A program made the position numbers and the translations under genes. Source: Dehalococcoidia bacterium (GTDB lineage Bacteria > Chloroflexota > Dehalococcoidia > Plut-88900). From it: 64,000 nt of DNA. Below, in pieces: positions 35,525 through 46,011 of the stretch. A model generated the notes under the pieces. It was not told the origin of the DNA. It ran no database searches and was given only the letters and a program-made list of their open reading frames with translations. The DNA lies in contig CBDBLV010000003.1 of the NCBI GenBank assembly GCA_965207225.1, forward strand, positions 256,001 to 320,000. The letters are read 5' to 3'. Every line of letters begins with the position of its first letter. Position 1 is the first letter of the stretch.

Positions 35525-38440
35525 GTGACCCTCGCTATCAAGTCCGACATCTCCCTGGCCCGAGAACTGGCGGCAGAGCTGGAGCGTAGGGTATCTGGTG
35601 AGGTGCGCCTCGACGATTTTTCACGCGCGCTCTACAGCACCGACGCCAGCATATACCAGATGAAGCCCGTGGGCGTGGTATTCCCCGAGAATGTCGATGA
35701 CATCGTCGGCGTGATGGAGTTTGCGAGCCGGGAGGGCATCCCGGTGCTCCCACGGGGCGCGGGAACCAGCCTGTCCGGCCAGACCGTAAACCAAGCCATA
35801 GTCATGGACTTCAGCCGACACCTGAACCGGCTCCTTGAGGTCAACCCGGAGGAGAGATGGGCGCGGGTCGAGCCGGGTATCGTAGTAGCGGCGCTCAATC
35901 GGCAGGTTGGCGGCCACCGCCTCCACTACGCCCCCGACCCCTCCACCGTCAACCGCGCCACCGTCGGCGGTGGCATTGGCAACAATTCCTGCGGCACCCA
36001 CTCCGCCCTTTTCGGCAAGACGCTCGACCAGGTCATCGAGCTTGACATCATCCTCTCCGATGGCACCCGCCACCTACTCGGGCCCCTTTCCGCAATGGAG
36101 CTGGAGTCCCGGGTCTCGGCTCCCGGGCTCCTGGGTCATGTGTACCGCGAGACTGCCCGCCTCGCCGAGATAAACCGGGTGGAGATTGATGCCCGCTACC
36201 CAAAGATCATGCGCCGCGTCAGCGGCTACAACCTCGACGAGTTCCTGGACCCGGACCCTTTCAACCTTGCCCGTATCGTCGTCGGCTCCGAGGGTACGCT
36301 CTGCACCATCGCAGAGGCCAAGGTCAAACTGGAGCCCCTCCCCAACGCCAGGGGCGTGGCCGCGCTTCACTTCGATGACATCTTCCAGGCCTGCGACGCC
36401 ACGTCGGCCATAATCGAACACTCTCCCGCCGCCGTCGAGTTCATCGACGACATGATTATTCGCCAAACCCGGGCGTCGCTGGGCCTGAAGCGCTACATTG
36501 ACTTCATGCAAGGCGACCCCGGGGGCCTGGTCCTGGTCGAGTTCTTCGCCGACTCGGAGCCCGAGGTCCAGTCCAAATTGGACGCGTTCAAGGCCGACAT
36601 GGAGCGAAAACGGCTCGGCTACGCCTGCGTCAACCTGCTGGAGAAAGAAGAACAGGCCAAGGCCTGGGCTGTCCGGAAGGCTGGTCTCGGGCTCCTGATG
36701 GGTGTCCGCGGCGATGCCAAGCCCATCCCCTTCGTTGAGGACGCCGCCGTGGACCCGACCCGGCTCGGCGAGTTCGGACGCCGTTTCGATGAGATAGTCC
36801 AGGCCCACAACACGACGGCGTCCTACTACGGCCACGCTAGTGTCGGGTGCCTGCACATCAGGCCCCTGGTCAACCTGAAGAACGATGCCGGCATCAACCG
36901 AATGGAATCCATCGCTGAGGCCGTAGCCGACCTCGTCCTTGAGTTCGGAGGTTCATTGAGCGGTGAACACGGGGACGGTATAGTCCGGGGCGTCTGGACG
37001 GAAAAGATGTTCGGCCGCAGGATCTACGACTCTTTCGTTGAACTGAAGGACGCTTTCGACCCCAAGCGCATCATGAATCCGGGCAAGATCGTCGAGTGCC
37101 CGCCGATGTCGGAAAATCTGCGCTATGGGACCGACTACCGGGCCCAGTCCCTCAACACCCGCATGGACTTCTCCTCTTTTGAGGGCTACGCCGGGGCCGT
37201 GGAGATGTGCAACGGGATGGGGGAGTGCCGGAAGTCGACGGGCGTAATGTGCCCGTCCTTCCAGGCAACCCGGGAGGAGGAGCATTCCACCCGAGGTCGG
37301 GCCAACCTCCTCCGTGCGGCCCTCTCCGGAGCTCTCCCCCACGAGACCATGATCAGCGAACGCCTCCACGAGGCCCTGGACCTCTGCCTGGAGTGCAAGG
37401 GCTGCAAGGCCGAGTGCCCGTCAAACGTGGACATGGCCAAGCTTAAGTACGAGTTCCTGGAGCGCTACAACGCCGCCAACGGGACGCCTCTCCGCTCTCG
37501 CCTCTTCTCGGAGATAGCACTGATAAACAGGGTCGGATCTGCACTCGCGCCCCTGTCAAACTGGCTATTCCAACTGCCCGGCGCCCGATCGCTGAACCAC
37601 CGGCTTCTCGGTATCCATAAGAACCGGTCAATGCCCCCGTTTGCCAGCCTGACCCTCCACGAATGGTTCAATGGCCACAAACCTATGAGCGCCGGGGGCC
37701 GGGGGGAGGTCATCCTATTAAACGACACCTTTATGACCTACAACTACCCAGGCGTGGGCATCGCAGCCGTTGAGCTACTGGAACTGGCGGGTTACAGGGT
37801 ACAGCTGGCTAACGTGCGCTGCTGCGGCCGACCCATGATCTCCAAGGGCCTGTTGAAGAGGGCCCGTGGAAATGCCCGATACAACGTGAACAGACTCTTC
37901 GATGCGGCTTCCAGGGGCACACCCATAATCGGCTGCGAGCCCAGCTGCCTGCTCGCCTTCAGAGACGAGTACCCCGACCTCCTGCAAGACAAAAAGTCAA
38001 AAGTTGTGGCTGAGAACACATTCATGATTGACGAGTTCCTGACCAAGCTGGCGGAGGATGGGAATCTGGACATCGCCTTCTCGGCCCAGCCCCGGAAGGT
38101 CCTGTTCCACGGCCACTGCCACCAGAAGGCGCTGGTCGGGGTGGAGGCCGCCAAGACCTCCCTGTCCCTCGCCCCGGGCCATGAGGTGGAGGTTGTCGAT
38201 TCGGGCTGCTGCGGCATGGCCGGCGCGTTCGGATACGAGAAAGAGCACTATGAGCTCTCCATGCAGATTGGTGGCATGAAGCTCTTCCCGGCCATCGAGG
38301 CCAAGGGGTCGGGGTGGGAAGTTGCCGTGATGGGCGTTTCCTGCCGCCAGCAGATTGAACACGGCACCGGGCGTCGGGCCCGACACCTGGTTGAAGTCCT
38401 CCGCGAGTCCGCCCTCACGGAAGGGATACCTCTGACATGA
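35525..38440 (+). CDS. FAD-binding and Fe-S-binding oxidoreductase (GlcD/GlpC fusion type)
   Basis: YSTDAS, PRGAGTSLSGQ, GSEGTL, SGEHGDG, CNGMGEC, CLECKGCKAECP, CCG domains. Confidence 0.94.
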   Translation: MTLAIKSDISLARELAAELERRVSGEVRLDDFSRALYSTDASIYQMKPVGVVFPENVDDIVGVMEFASREGIPVLPRGAGTSLSGQTVNQAIVMDFSRHLNRLLEVNPEERWARVEPGIVVAALNRQVGGHRLHYAPDPSTVNRATVGGGIGNNSCGTHSALFGKTLDQVIELDIILSDGTRHLLGPLSAMELESRVSAPGLLGHVYRETARLAEINRVEIDARYPKIMRRVSGYNLDEFLDPDPFNLARIVVGSEGTLCTIAEAKVKLEPLPNARGVAALHFDDIFQACDATSAIIEHSPAAVEFIDDMIIRQTRASLGLKRYIDFMQGDPGGLVLVEFFADSEPEVQSKLDAFKADMERKRLGYACVNLLEKEEQAKAWAVRKAGLGLLMGVRGDAKPIPFVEDAAVDPTRLGEFGRRFDEIVQAHNTTASYYGHASVGCLHIRPLVNLKNDAGINRMESIAEAVADLVLEFGGSLSGEHGDGIVRGVWTEKMFGRRIYDSFVELKDAFDPKRIMNPGKIVECPPMSENLRYGTDYRAQSLNTRMDFSSFEGYAGAVEMCNGMGECRKSTGVMCPSFQATREEEHSTRGRANLLRAALSGALPHETMISERLHEALDLCLECKGCKAECPSNVDMAKLKYEFLERYNAANGTPLRSRLFSEIALINRVGSALAPLSNWLFQLPGARSLNHRLLGIHKNRSMPPFASLTLHEWFNGHKPMSAGGRGEVILLNDTFMTYNYPGVGIAAVELLELAGYRVQLANVRCCGRPMISKGLLKRARGNARYNVNRLFDAASRGTPIIGCEPSCLLAFRDEYPDLLQDKKSKVVAENTFMIDEFLTKLAEDGNLDIAFSAQPRKVLFHGHCHQKALVGVEAAKTSLSLAPGHEVEVVDSGCCGMAGAFGYEKEHYELSMQIGGMKLFPAIEAKGSGWEVAVMGVSCRQQIEHGTGRRARHLVEVLRESALTEGIPLT

Positions 38441-38608
38441 TCTCCCGGCCCTTCAGGTCCCTCGCGACTTCAAGAATTCCTATTGTCGGGGGAGACTTTC
38501 GGCACAGGTCTATCCCCTCAGCGTGCAAAGCAAAGTCTAGCTTGATACGGCCAATATCTGCGTGCTAGAGTAACTCCTCGGTTGGCGCTCATCGCAGGGG
38601 GGAGGAAC

Positions 38609-39736
38609 ATGGAATATCGCATAATTTCAGGCGACGGACACGTGGACCTTAATTGGCTGCCCCACGACCTGTTTGTTGATAATTCCCCGGGTCAGTGGAA
38701 GGACAAGATGCCCCACGTGGAAGACTCCGCCTCGGGGCCCGTGTGGAAGGCCGACGGCAAGATCATGACCCCGGTGGGCGTCTTCAGGGCAGACTCCTGG
38801 ACCAATCCCGCGGGCTTCCACAGGGAGAAGCGGCTGGAGGAGGTTGGCTTCTCGGAAGACTCCCGAAACGGCGTCTACCATCCCTCCGACCCCGATCTAC
38901 GGGTCAAGGACCAGGACCTGGACGGCATTGACGCGGAGGTGGTGTACGGCATGGCCTTCGGGCCCGACCAGATCCGCGACATGGAAGCCCGGGCCCTGGT
39001 CTACCGCATCTACAACGACTGGGCGGCCTCCTTCGCCGGTGCGAACCCTGAAAGGCTGGCCTGTCTCGCCTGCCTCCCTCACCACAGCCCCCAGGCGGCC
39101 GCAGACGAGCTTCGTCGTGCAGCGGGGCTTGGGCTCAAGGGCGCCGAGTTCCGGGCTGCCCTCGCTTCAATTCCCATCTTCTACAAGGAATGGGACGTCC
39201 TATGGGAGGCGTCGGTGGAATGCAACATGCCGATATCCTTCCACCTGCTGGAGAACCTGCCCAAGGCGAAGGAACCCAAGGAAGAAAAGTACTTCGACGC
39301 GTACTGGACCATACTGCTGACCATGGCGCAGTTGGACGGGATCGAGCACATGAGCAGCATCATCCTCTCCGGGGCTTGCGAAAGGTACCCGGACTTCAAG
39401 TTCGTGCTCGGGGAGGCGGGAGTGGGGTGGATTCCCTACGTAATCGACCGCATGGACCACGAGGGCGAGGGGATTAAGGGGCTAAGCCTGCAACCCAGCG
39501 GGTATTGGTACCGGCAGGGCTACTCCACCTTCCAGAAGGAAGGAATAGCCGGAGAACTCCTTTCTCTCATCGGTGAGGACAATGCCATCTGGGGCAACGA
39601 CTATCCCCACAACGACTGCGTGTGGCCCGACTCCCTTGAAACCATAGAGTTCAACCTGAAGGGCCTGGAAGACGAGACCGCCCGACGCAAAGTCATCTGT
39701 GAAAATGCAGGTCGGCTCTACGGGTTCATCAACTAA
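38609..39736 (+). CDS. Amidohydrolase family protein, tandem copy 1
   Basis: ISGDGHVD, DQDLDGIDAEV, YNDW, ISFH, GEAG, WGNDYPH; GGAGG RBS. Confidence 0.92.
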   Translation: MEYRIISGDGHVDLNWLPHDLFVDNSPGQWKDKMPHVEDSASGPVWKADGKIMTPVGVFRADSWTNPAGFHREKRLEEVGFSEDSRNGVYHPSDPDLRVKDQDLDGIDAEVVYGMAFGPDQIRDMEARALVYRIYNDWAASFAGANPERLACLACLPHHSPQAAADELRRAAGLGLKGAEFRAALASIPIFYKEWDVLWEASVECNMPISFHLLENLPKAKEPKEEKYFDAYWTILLTMAQLDGIEHMSSIILSGACERYPDFKFVLGEAGVGWIPYVIDRMDHEGEGIKGLSLQPSGYWYRQGYSTFQKEGIAGELLSLIGEDNAIWGNDYPHNDCVWPDSLETIEFNLKGLEDETARRKVICENAGRLYGFIN

Positions 39737-39829
39737 TTCCAAAATGCCTCTACCCATCGGCAACCCCCGCTGCAGATTCTCCTACGCGATGCCGGTGGAC
39801 CCGTACACGGCGCCGGGCAAAACCTTGGC

Positions 39830-40957
39830 ATGAGCTATCGCATAATATCGGGCGATGCGCACGTCGACCTGAGCTACCTGCCCCATACCCTCTTCGTGGA
39901 CAATGCACCTTCCCAATTGAAGGACAAGATGCCTCACGTGGAGGACTCCCCTTTTGGCCTACTTTGGATGGCCGACGGCAAGTTTATTGCCCAGGTGAGC
40001 AAAATATCCTTTGGCGAATGGACCACACCGAGCGTCCTGCACCGCAAGAAACGGTTTGACGAGGTAGGCTTCCTCGATGACTCCAGCAAAGGCATTTACC
40101 GCCCCACCGATCCGGAACTCAGAATCAAAGACCAGGACCTGGACAATATAGACGCTGAGGTCATCTATGGCCTGGTCTTTGGTTCGGAACACATCCAGGA
40201 CCGGAAGGTGCGCTCCCTGGTATATGGCATCTACAACAACTGGGCTGCCGAGTTCTCCAAGTCCAACCCGGAACGTCTGGCTTGCCTCGCATGCCTGCCT
40301 CATGATGATCCCCAGGCCGCTGCGGAAGAGTTGAGACGAGCCGCGACCTTAGGGCTAAAGGGCGCCGAACTCCGTGGTCTGCTTACCTCTACTCCTCTCT
40401 TCCACAGGGACTGGGATGTCCTGTGGCAGGCCTCGGTAGAGTGCAACATGCCGATATCCTTCCATCTCATGGGTAACCGTCCCAAGGCCAAAAGGCCCAG
40501 CAACAAGGAGTATTTCGAGTTCTATTTGACCCTTCTTTTAACTATGGCCCAGCTGGACGGTGTCGAGCACCTCAGCAGCATCATCCTTTCTGGGGCATGC
40601 GAAAGGTTCCCCGATTTCAAGTTTGTCCTAGGGGAGGCGGGCATAGGCTGGATCCCCTACGTCATAGACCGCATGGACCACGAGGGTGAGGGCATCAAGG
40701 GCCTCAGGATCCCGCCCAGTGGCTACTGGCGCCGCCAGGGATTCTCCACCTTTCAGAAAGAAGGTATTGCTGGAGAGATGCTCTCCCTTGTCGGTGAGGA
40801 CAACGTCATCTGGGGCAACGACTACCCTCACAACGACTGCGTCTGGCCCGACTCCCTTGAAACCATCGAGTTCAACCTAAAAGGTCTCGAGGGCGAGTCC
40901 GTGCGCCGGAAAGTGGTCTGCGAAAACGCCGGCAAGCTCTACGGGTTCCTCCATTAG
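39830..40957 (+). CDS. Amidohydrolase family protein, tandem copy 2
   Basis: Close paralog of 38609-39736. Confidence 0.92.
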   Translation: MSYRIISGDAHVDLSYLPHTLFVDNAPSQLKDKMPHVEDSPFGLLWMADGKFIAQVSKISFGEWTTPSVLHRKKRFDEVGFLDDSSKGIYRPTDPELRIKDQDLDNIDAEVIYGLVFGSEHIQDRKVRSLVYGIYNNWAAEFSKSNPERLACLACLPHDDPQAAAEELRRAATLGLKGAELRGLLTSTPLFHRDWDVLWQASVECNMPISFHLMGNRPKAKRPSNKEYFEFYLTLLLTMAQLDGVEHLSSIILSGACERFPDFKFVLGEAGIGWIPYVIDRMDHEGEGIKGLRIPPSGYWRRQGFSTFQKEGIAGEMLSLVGEDNVIWGNDYPHNDCVWPDSLETIEFNLKGLEGESVRRKVVCENAGKLYGFLH

Positions 40958-40984
40958 TCCAATCACCTTCACAGGACCCTGACA

Positions 40985-43045
40985 ATGTGCATAACTATCG
41001 GGATCGACATCGGCGGGACGTTTACGGACGTCGTGGCCCTGGACAACGAATCGGGGGAACTGCAGTACACCAAGGTCAACTCCACGCCCCCGAGGCTGGT
41101 GGACGGCTTTATGCAAGGTGCGGACAGGGTCCGGGAGATGTCCTCCGCCCACTTTTCCGATGTTTCGCGAATAGCCCACGGGACTACCATAGGGACCAAT
41201 GCGATCCTGGAGGCCCGCGGCTCTGCTATCGGCATCCTGACCACCAAGGGCTTCGAGGACGTCCTTACTATCGGACGGCAGAAGCGGTCCGACATGTACG
41301 ACGTGTTCATAGAGCCCGAAACCCCTGTCTTTCTAGCGCCCCGTCGCCGCATCATCGGCATTGAGGAGCGCATATATCCCGACGGGGGGGTCGACGTCGC
41401 GTTGGACGAAGCAGAGGTGGCCCAGGCCGTCCGCACTTTGGTGGAGGAACACGGTGTGGAGGCCGTTGCCGTTTGCTACCTCTTCTCCTTCGCCAACGCC
41501 GCCCACGAAGAGCGTACCCGGGACATCATCCAGCGGGACTTTCCAGACCTGCGGGTCTCGCTGTCCTCGGAGCTTGATCCCCGGTTCCGGGAGTATGAAA
41601 GGCTCTGCCTGACGGCCTTCGACGCCTACCTGAGGCCCGTCCTGGAACGCTATATCGGCGAGGTGAATGGCGCCCTTACCGAAGGCGGGGTGAAGGGCCG
41701 GCTCCACATCATTCACTCCCGGGGCGGCATCACCAGCGACGAGACGATCTTGTCTAACACGGTTTCCACGGTTTTGTCGGGTCCCGCAGCGGGGGTGATC
41801 GGCGGAGTCCATGCAGGCAAGCTCAGCGACCTGACGGACCTGATCACCCTGGACATGGGGGGCACCAGCTGCGACATCTCGCTGGTGGACAAGGGCAGGC
41901 CCGTCCTCTCCAGCGAGGGTAAGATAGCCAAATACCCGCTGCGGCAGCCCATGCTGGACATCAACACCATCGGGGCGGGGGGCGGGAGCATCGCGTGGGT
42001 TGACGGAAGCGGAGCCCTGAGGGTCGGGCCCCGGAGTGCGGGCGCATCGCCCGGTCCGGCAGCCTACGGGCAGGGCGGGGTGGAGCCGACGGTGACCGAT
42101 GCAAGCCTTGCCCTGGGGTATCTTGACCCCGACTTCTTCGCCGGGGGCACCATGCGCCTGTCCGTGGAAAAGGCGCAGGAAGCCGTGCGCACCCACATCG
42201 CAGAGCCCCTGGGCATCGATGTGCTGGAAGCCGCCCACGGCATCCACACCATTGTGAACAACCACATGGCCGACGAAGTCCGCCTGGTGTCGGTATTCAG
42301 GGGCTACGATCCCCGCAATTTCTCGCTGGTCGCGCTGGGTGGTGCGGGACCGGTGCACGCGGGTCGGCTGGCTGTGCAGACCAACATAGGCAAGGTGCTC
42401 GTGCCTCAGAACCCGGGGGTGTTGTCGGCGTTCGGACTGCTGGTGGCGAACCTGGAGCACGAAAGAGCACGGACTTTCCGGGTCCGCGCCGTAGATGCCG
42501 TCCCCTCCGAACTGCAACGGGTATTTGATGATCTGGACGCCGACTGCCGCGTACAGATGGACAGGGACGCGGCCCCCGGACGCCCGATACACGTGGCCAG
42601 GTCAGTTGAAGTCCGGTACGTCGGGCAGTCCTATGAACTGGAGGTGTCCGTAGCCGGAGATATCGTAGACAAAGCGGCCATAGCGCAGGTTATAGAAGAC
42701 TTCCACACGATCCACGACCGGGTCTACGGGCACCGGGACTCCGATGAACTGGTCGAACTGGTCACTTTCAGGGTTGTGCTGTCCCAGGCGCCGGGCCGGG
42801 CCCCGGGGGGCGCGGTCTTCTCGGCGGCAGAAGGAACAGCAACTCCCCGCACCACCCGGAAGGCTTACTTCCCTGAAGCCGGGGGCCTGGTGCACACCCC
42901 GATCTACGACCGTGACTCGCTGGGGTCGGGTGCAGCATTGAAAGGGCCCGCGATTGTACAGCAGTTGGACACCACCACGGTCGTCTACCCGGGCAGCTCG
43001 GCGTCGATTGACGCCCACGGAAACCTGATAATAGAAGTCGGCTGA
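40985..43045 (+). CDS. Hydantoinase/oxoprolinase subunit A (HyuA-like)
   Basis: GIDIGGTFTD, HGTT, TTKGFED, SGPAAG, DMGGTS, IGAGGGS, TVTDA, RYVGQSYEL. Confidence 0.95.
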   Translation: MCITIGIDIGGTFTDVVALDNESGELQYTKVNSTPPRLVDGFMQGADRVREMSSAHFSDVSRIAHGTTIGTNAILEARGSAIGILTTKGFEDVLTIGRQKRSDMYDVFIEPETPVFLAPRRRIIGIEERIYPDGGVDVALDEAEVAQAVRTLVEEHGVEAVAVCYLFSFANAAHEERTRDIIQRDFPDLRVSLSSELDPRFREYERLCLTAFDAYLRPVLERYIGEVNGALTEGGVKGRLHIIHSRGGITSDETILSNTVSTVLSGPAAGVIGGVHAGKLSDLTDLITLDMGGTSCDISLVDKGRPVLSSEGKIAKYPLRQPMLDINTIGAGGGSIAWVDGSGALRVGPRSAGASPGPAAYGQGGVEPTVTDASLALGYLDPDFFAGGTMRLSVEKAQEAVRTHIAEPLGIDVLEAAHGIHTIVNNHMADEVRLVSVFRGYDPRNFSLVALGGAGPVHAGRLAVQTNIGKVLVPQNPGVLSAFGLLVANLEHERARTFRVRAVDAVPSELQRVFDDLDADCRVQMDRDAAPGRPIHVARSVEVRYVGQSYELEVSVAGDIVDKAAIAQVIEDFHTIHDRVYGHRDSDELVELVTFRVVLSQAPGRAPGGAVFSAAEGTATPRTTRKAYFPEAGGLVHTPIYDRDSLGSGAALKGPAIVQQLDTTTVVYPGSSASIDAHGNLIIEVG

Positions 43046-43114
43046 GTCTGCATAAGCGAACCGACTGAACAGTCTCTCGTGCTATAATTTTCTGTACGTT
43101 CGTGAGATAAACCC

Positions 43115-44368
43115 GTGCCCGAAAACACTTTCCCCGTCTTCGTCAACGCTCACACCCACAGTCACTCTATGCCTTACAAAGGCCAGGTGGGGTCGGCGCC
43201 CTTTGATGTCTGGATCGCTTACCGGCTGGCGTCCAACGTGGGCAAGCTCTCCGCCTCCGACCAGGTCGCCTGCGCACTGGCTTGCGGCATGGAGAATCTG
43301 AATGCAGGCAACGCCGGTATCATAGACCACCTCTACTCCCCCATAACCGCGGAGAACGTCTACGGGGTAGCGGAGGCCTACGAATCCCTGGGAATCCGGG
43401 CCTGGGTATTTCCCAACATAGACAATCTTCCTGTCGGGATCTACACCCGGCGCTTTTTCCCCGGCTACCCCAAGGCCATCCCCGACGACTCCCTCCCCGA
43501 GGAGATCCAGACCAGGGTTGAGCCTCTCCCCTTCGAGCCGAGGCTTGATGCGCTGATTGAACTCATCAAGGGCTGGAAAGGTAAGCGTGTGCAGATCGGC
43601 CTGGCCCTGGGCAACGCAGTCTGGTGCACCGACGAATTGATGGTGGCGGCGAGGGACGTGCTATCGAGCCTGGACGTGCCCCTGGAGATCCACGTTGAGG
43701 AGTCTCCCGTTCAGCGAGAAGCGGCCATGCACCAGTGGGGGATGAGCGGTGTGCAAAGGCTGGACAAGTTCGGGCTGCTTACCGACCGGACCCTGGCCGC
43801 CCACTGTGTACAGGTTTCGCGGGACGACGTGGAACTGCTGGGCGAGCGGGGGGTCTCGGTGTCCCACAACCCCCTGAGCAACATGAAGCTCCAGAACGGC
43901 ATAACGCCCGTGGGCACGATGCTTCGGGAGGGTGTTAACGTGACCCTGGGGAGCGACGGCTCGAACTCAGGCGACGAGCAGGGTCTCGGGCCGGTGATGC
44001 GGCTGGCTGCCTCCCTTGCCAGGCTTAACGGCATCCAGCAGATCAGCGAGGACATCGAACCCAAGGTGGTAGAGTTGGGCAGCGCCAACGGGCACCGTCT
44101 CTGGTTCCCCGATGAAATTGTGGATGACCGAATCGAGTTCGACGGGCCCATTGACCCGGTCAAGCTGGTCTGGACCGACACGGGGAGCAGCATCCAGGAA
44201 GTGCACGTGGACGGCGAGGCTGTATTGCAAAAGGCCCGCTCCGTTTATGAACGGTCGGGCGCTGCCGAGACCATCACAGAGCTGGCAAAGAACGCCATCA
44301 CCCCCGAGGGCGAAGAACTGGTCCGTCAAATCCAGCCCCTCTTCAAGTGGTACGCCCAGTCCAAGTGA
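43115..44368 (+). CDS. Metal-dependent amidohydrolase/deaminase (SsnA/AtzA-like)
   Basis: VNAHTH, IHVEE, AAHCV, SHNPLSNMKL, LGSDG. Confidence 0.9.
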   Translation: MPENTFPVFVNAHTHSHSMPYKGQVGSAPFDVWIAYRLASNVGKLSASDQVACALACGMENLNAGNAGIIDHLYSPITAENVYGVAEAYESLGIRAWVFPNIDNLPVGIYTRRFFPGYPKAIPDDSLPEEIQTRVEPLPFEPRLDALIELIKGWKGKRVQIGLALGNAVWCTDELMVAARDVLSSLDVPLEIHVEESPVQREAAMHQWGMSGVQRLDKFGLLTDRTLAAHCVQVSRDDVELLGERGVSVSHNPLSNMKLQNGITPVGTMLREGVNVTLGSDGSNSGDEQGLGPVMRLAASLARLNGIQQISEDIEPKVVELGSANGHRLWFPDEIVDDRIEFDGPIDPVKLVWTDTGSSIQEVHVDGEAVLQKARSVYERSGAAETITELAKNAITPEGEELVRQIQPLFKWYAQSK

Positions 44369-44383
44369 GAAAGTGTATTTTCA

Positions 44384-45682
44384 ATGGCCACTAAGACCGA
44401 CGTCATAGTCATCGGCGGGGGCATCTCGGGATGCGCTACCGCGTACAACCTGGCCAAACGGGGCGCCCACGTCATTCTCCTGGAAAAAGGCCAGATAGCA
44501 GACGAGGCTTCCGGAAGGACCTGGGGCGCCGTCCGACGCCAGGGCCGCCAGGCGCCCGAAGTGCCCCTGGCCATCGAGAGCCTAAAGCTGTGGGACAAGC
44601 TTCGCGAGGAGCTGGGCACTGAGACCCACTTCATCCGCGGCGGCAACCTACTTCTCGCCGGAAACGCCAGGGAGCTGGCTGACTTCGAGAACACCGTCAG
44701 GATAACCAAGGAATATGGACTGGAGTCGGACATCGTGACCCGGGAGCGGGCCCGGGAGATCCTGCCCGGCCTTTCCGGCAAGTTCGTCGGCGGAATGTAT
44801 TCTCCCAGTGACGGTTATGCCCACCCGGTCAAGACGACTACGGCCTTCGCCAGGGCCGCCCAGGAGAATGGTGCAACCGTGCGCACCGGATGTTCCGTTG
44901 AGAGCATCGAGACCTCGGGCGGGCAGGTCAAGGGTGTGGTCACCGAGCGTGGCGAAAGGATAGAGGCCGACGTTGTGGTAAATGCCGCCGGGGTCTGGGC
45001 CCCCCGCCTGGCAAGGACCTGTGACGTCAAGGTACCCGTGCGTATCATCCGCACCCACGTGACCATCACCGAACCGGTGCCGGACTACAAAGCACCCCTT
45101 GTCTGGTCGCCCACCGTTTCCTTCCGGCCGACCGCTGACGGAAATATCCTGCTAGGCGCAGGCGCCGCACTGAAGGCCGACCATGACATCGATCTAACGT
45201 CCCTCACCGACATCAGGTATTTCCTCCCGGGACTCAGCCAGTTCAGGAAACAGATTTCCTTCCACGTGGGAAGCCAGCTCCTTAACGACGTACTGAGCCA
45301 TGTGCCCGGCACGGTCCAGAACCGGAAGTTCTTCTCGACAACCGTCGGGGTGGAACCGGAGGTTAACTGGGCGACCATACGCCGCATGCGCAGGGGCTTC
45401 TTCCAGCACATGCCCCACCTGAGCGGTCTGCGCTTCGTGAAGACGTGGGCGGGCCTGATAGACATCACCCCCGACATCCTCCCCGTCCTGGGAGAAGCGC
45501 CCACGGTCAAGGGTCTAATGCTGGCCACGGGCTTCAGCGGCCACGGCTTCGCCCTGGGCCCGATCACCGGCAAGCTGATGTCGGAGCTTATCCTGGACGG
45601 AACTCCGTCGCTGTCTCTCTATGACTTCCGGCTGACCCGCTTCGCCGAGCAGGGCGTGGGCACTATCCGAAGGCTGCAGTAG
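44384..45682 (+). CDS. FAD-dependent amino-acid oxidase/deaminase (DadA / SoxB-like)
   Basis: VIGGGISG, ASGR.WG.VR.QGR, NAAGVW, WAGLIDITPD, GFSGHGFALGP. Confidence 0.92.
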   Translation: MATKTDVIVIGGGISGCATAYNLAKRGAHVILLEKGQIADEASGRTWGAVRRQGRQAPEVPLAIESLKLWDKLREELGTETHFIRGGNLLLAGNARELADFENTVRITKEYGLESDIVTRERAREILPGLSGKFVGGMYSPSDGYAHPVKTTTAFARAAQENGATVRTGCSVESIETSGGQVKGVVTERGERIEADVVVNAAGVWAPRLARTCDVKVPVRIIRTHVTITEPVPDYKAPLVWSPTVSFRPTADGNILLGAGAALKADHDIDLTSLTDIRYFLPGLSQFRKQISFHVGSQLLNDVLSHVPGTVQNRKFFSTTVGVEPEVNWATIRRMRRGFFQHMPHLSGLRFVKTWAGLIDITPDILPVLGEAPTVKGLMLATGFSGHGFALGPITGKLMSELILDGTPSLSLYDFRLTRFAEQGVGTIRRLQ

Positions 45683-46011
45683 TCTGCCCTCCAGCTAGCC
45701 GTTACTTATACGGCAACGCTTCCGAAATTATGGCGGGGTAGGGTCTATGCCCTCTGCCTATGAGAGGCCTTTGCGTAACCTGTTGAATACAGGGACCCTC
45801 TCCCAGAATCCGCTCGACCCTACGGCCCTGCTCGGGATGAGCAGATTCTGGGACACATCGAAAGTATCGGTAGCGCCATCCGTGCGTGATTCCCCACGCC
45901 AGATTTACGCCTTGGGCGTATCTACGACCTCGGGGGCATCGAAATGACAGCTATGCAAAGGCTTCTATAAAGGGGATGGAGAGGGGCCGCTTTTCCATTG
46001 AGGGGAAGGGC

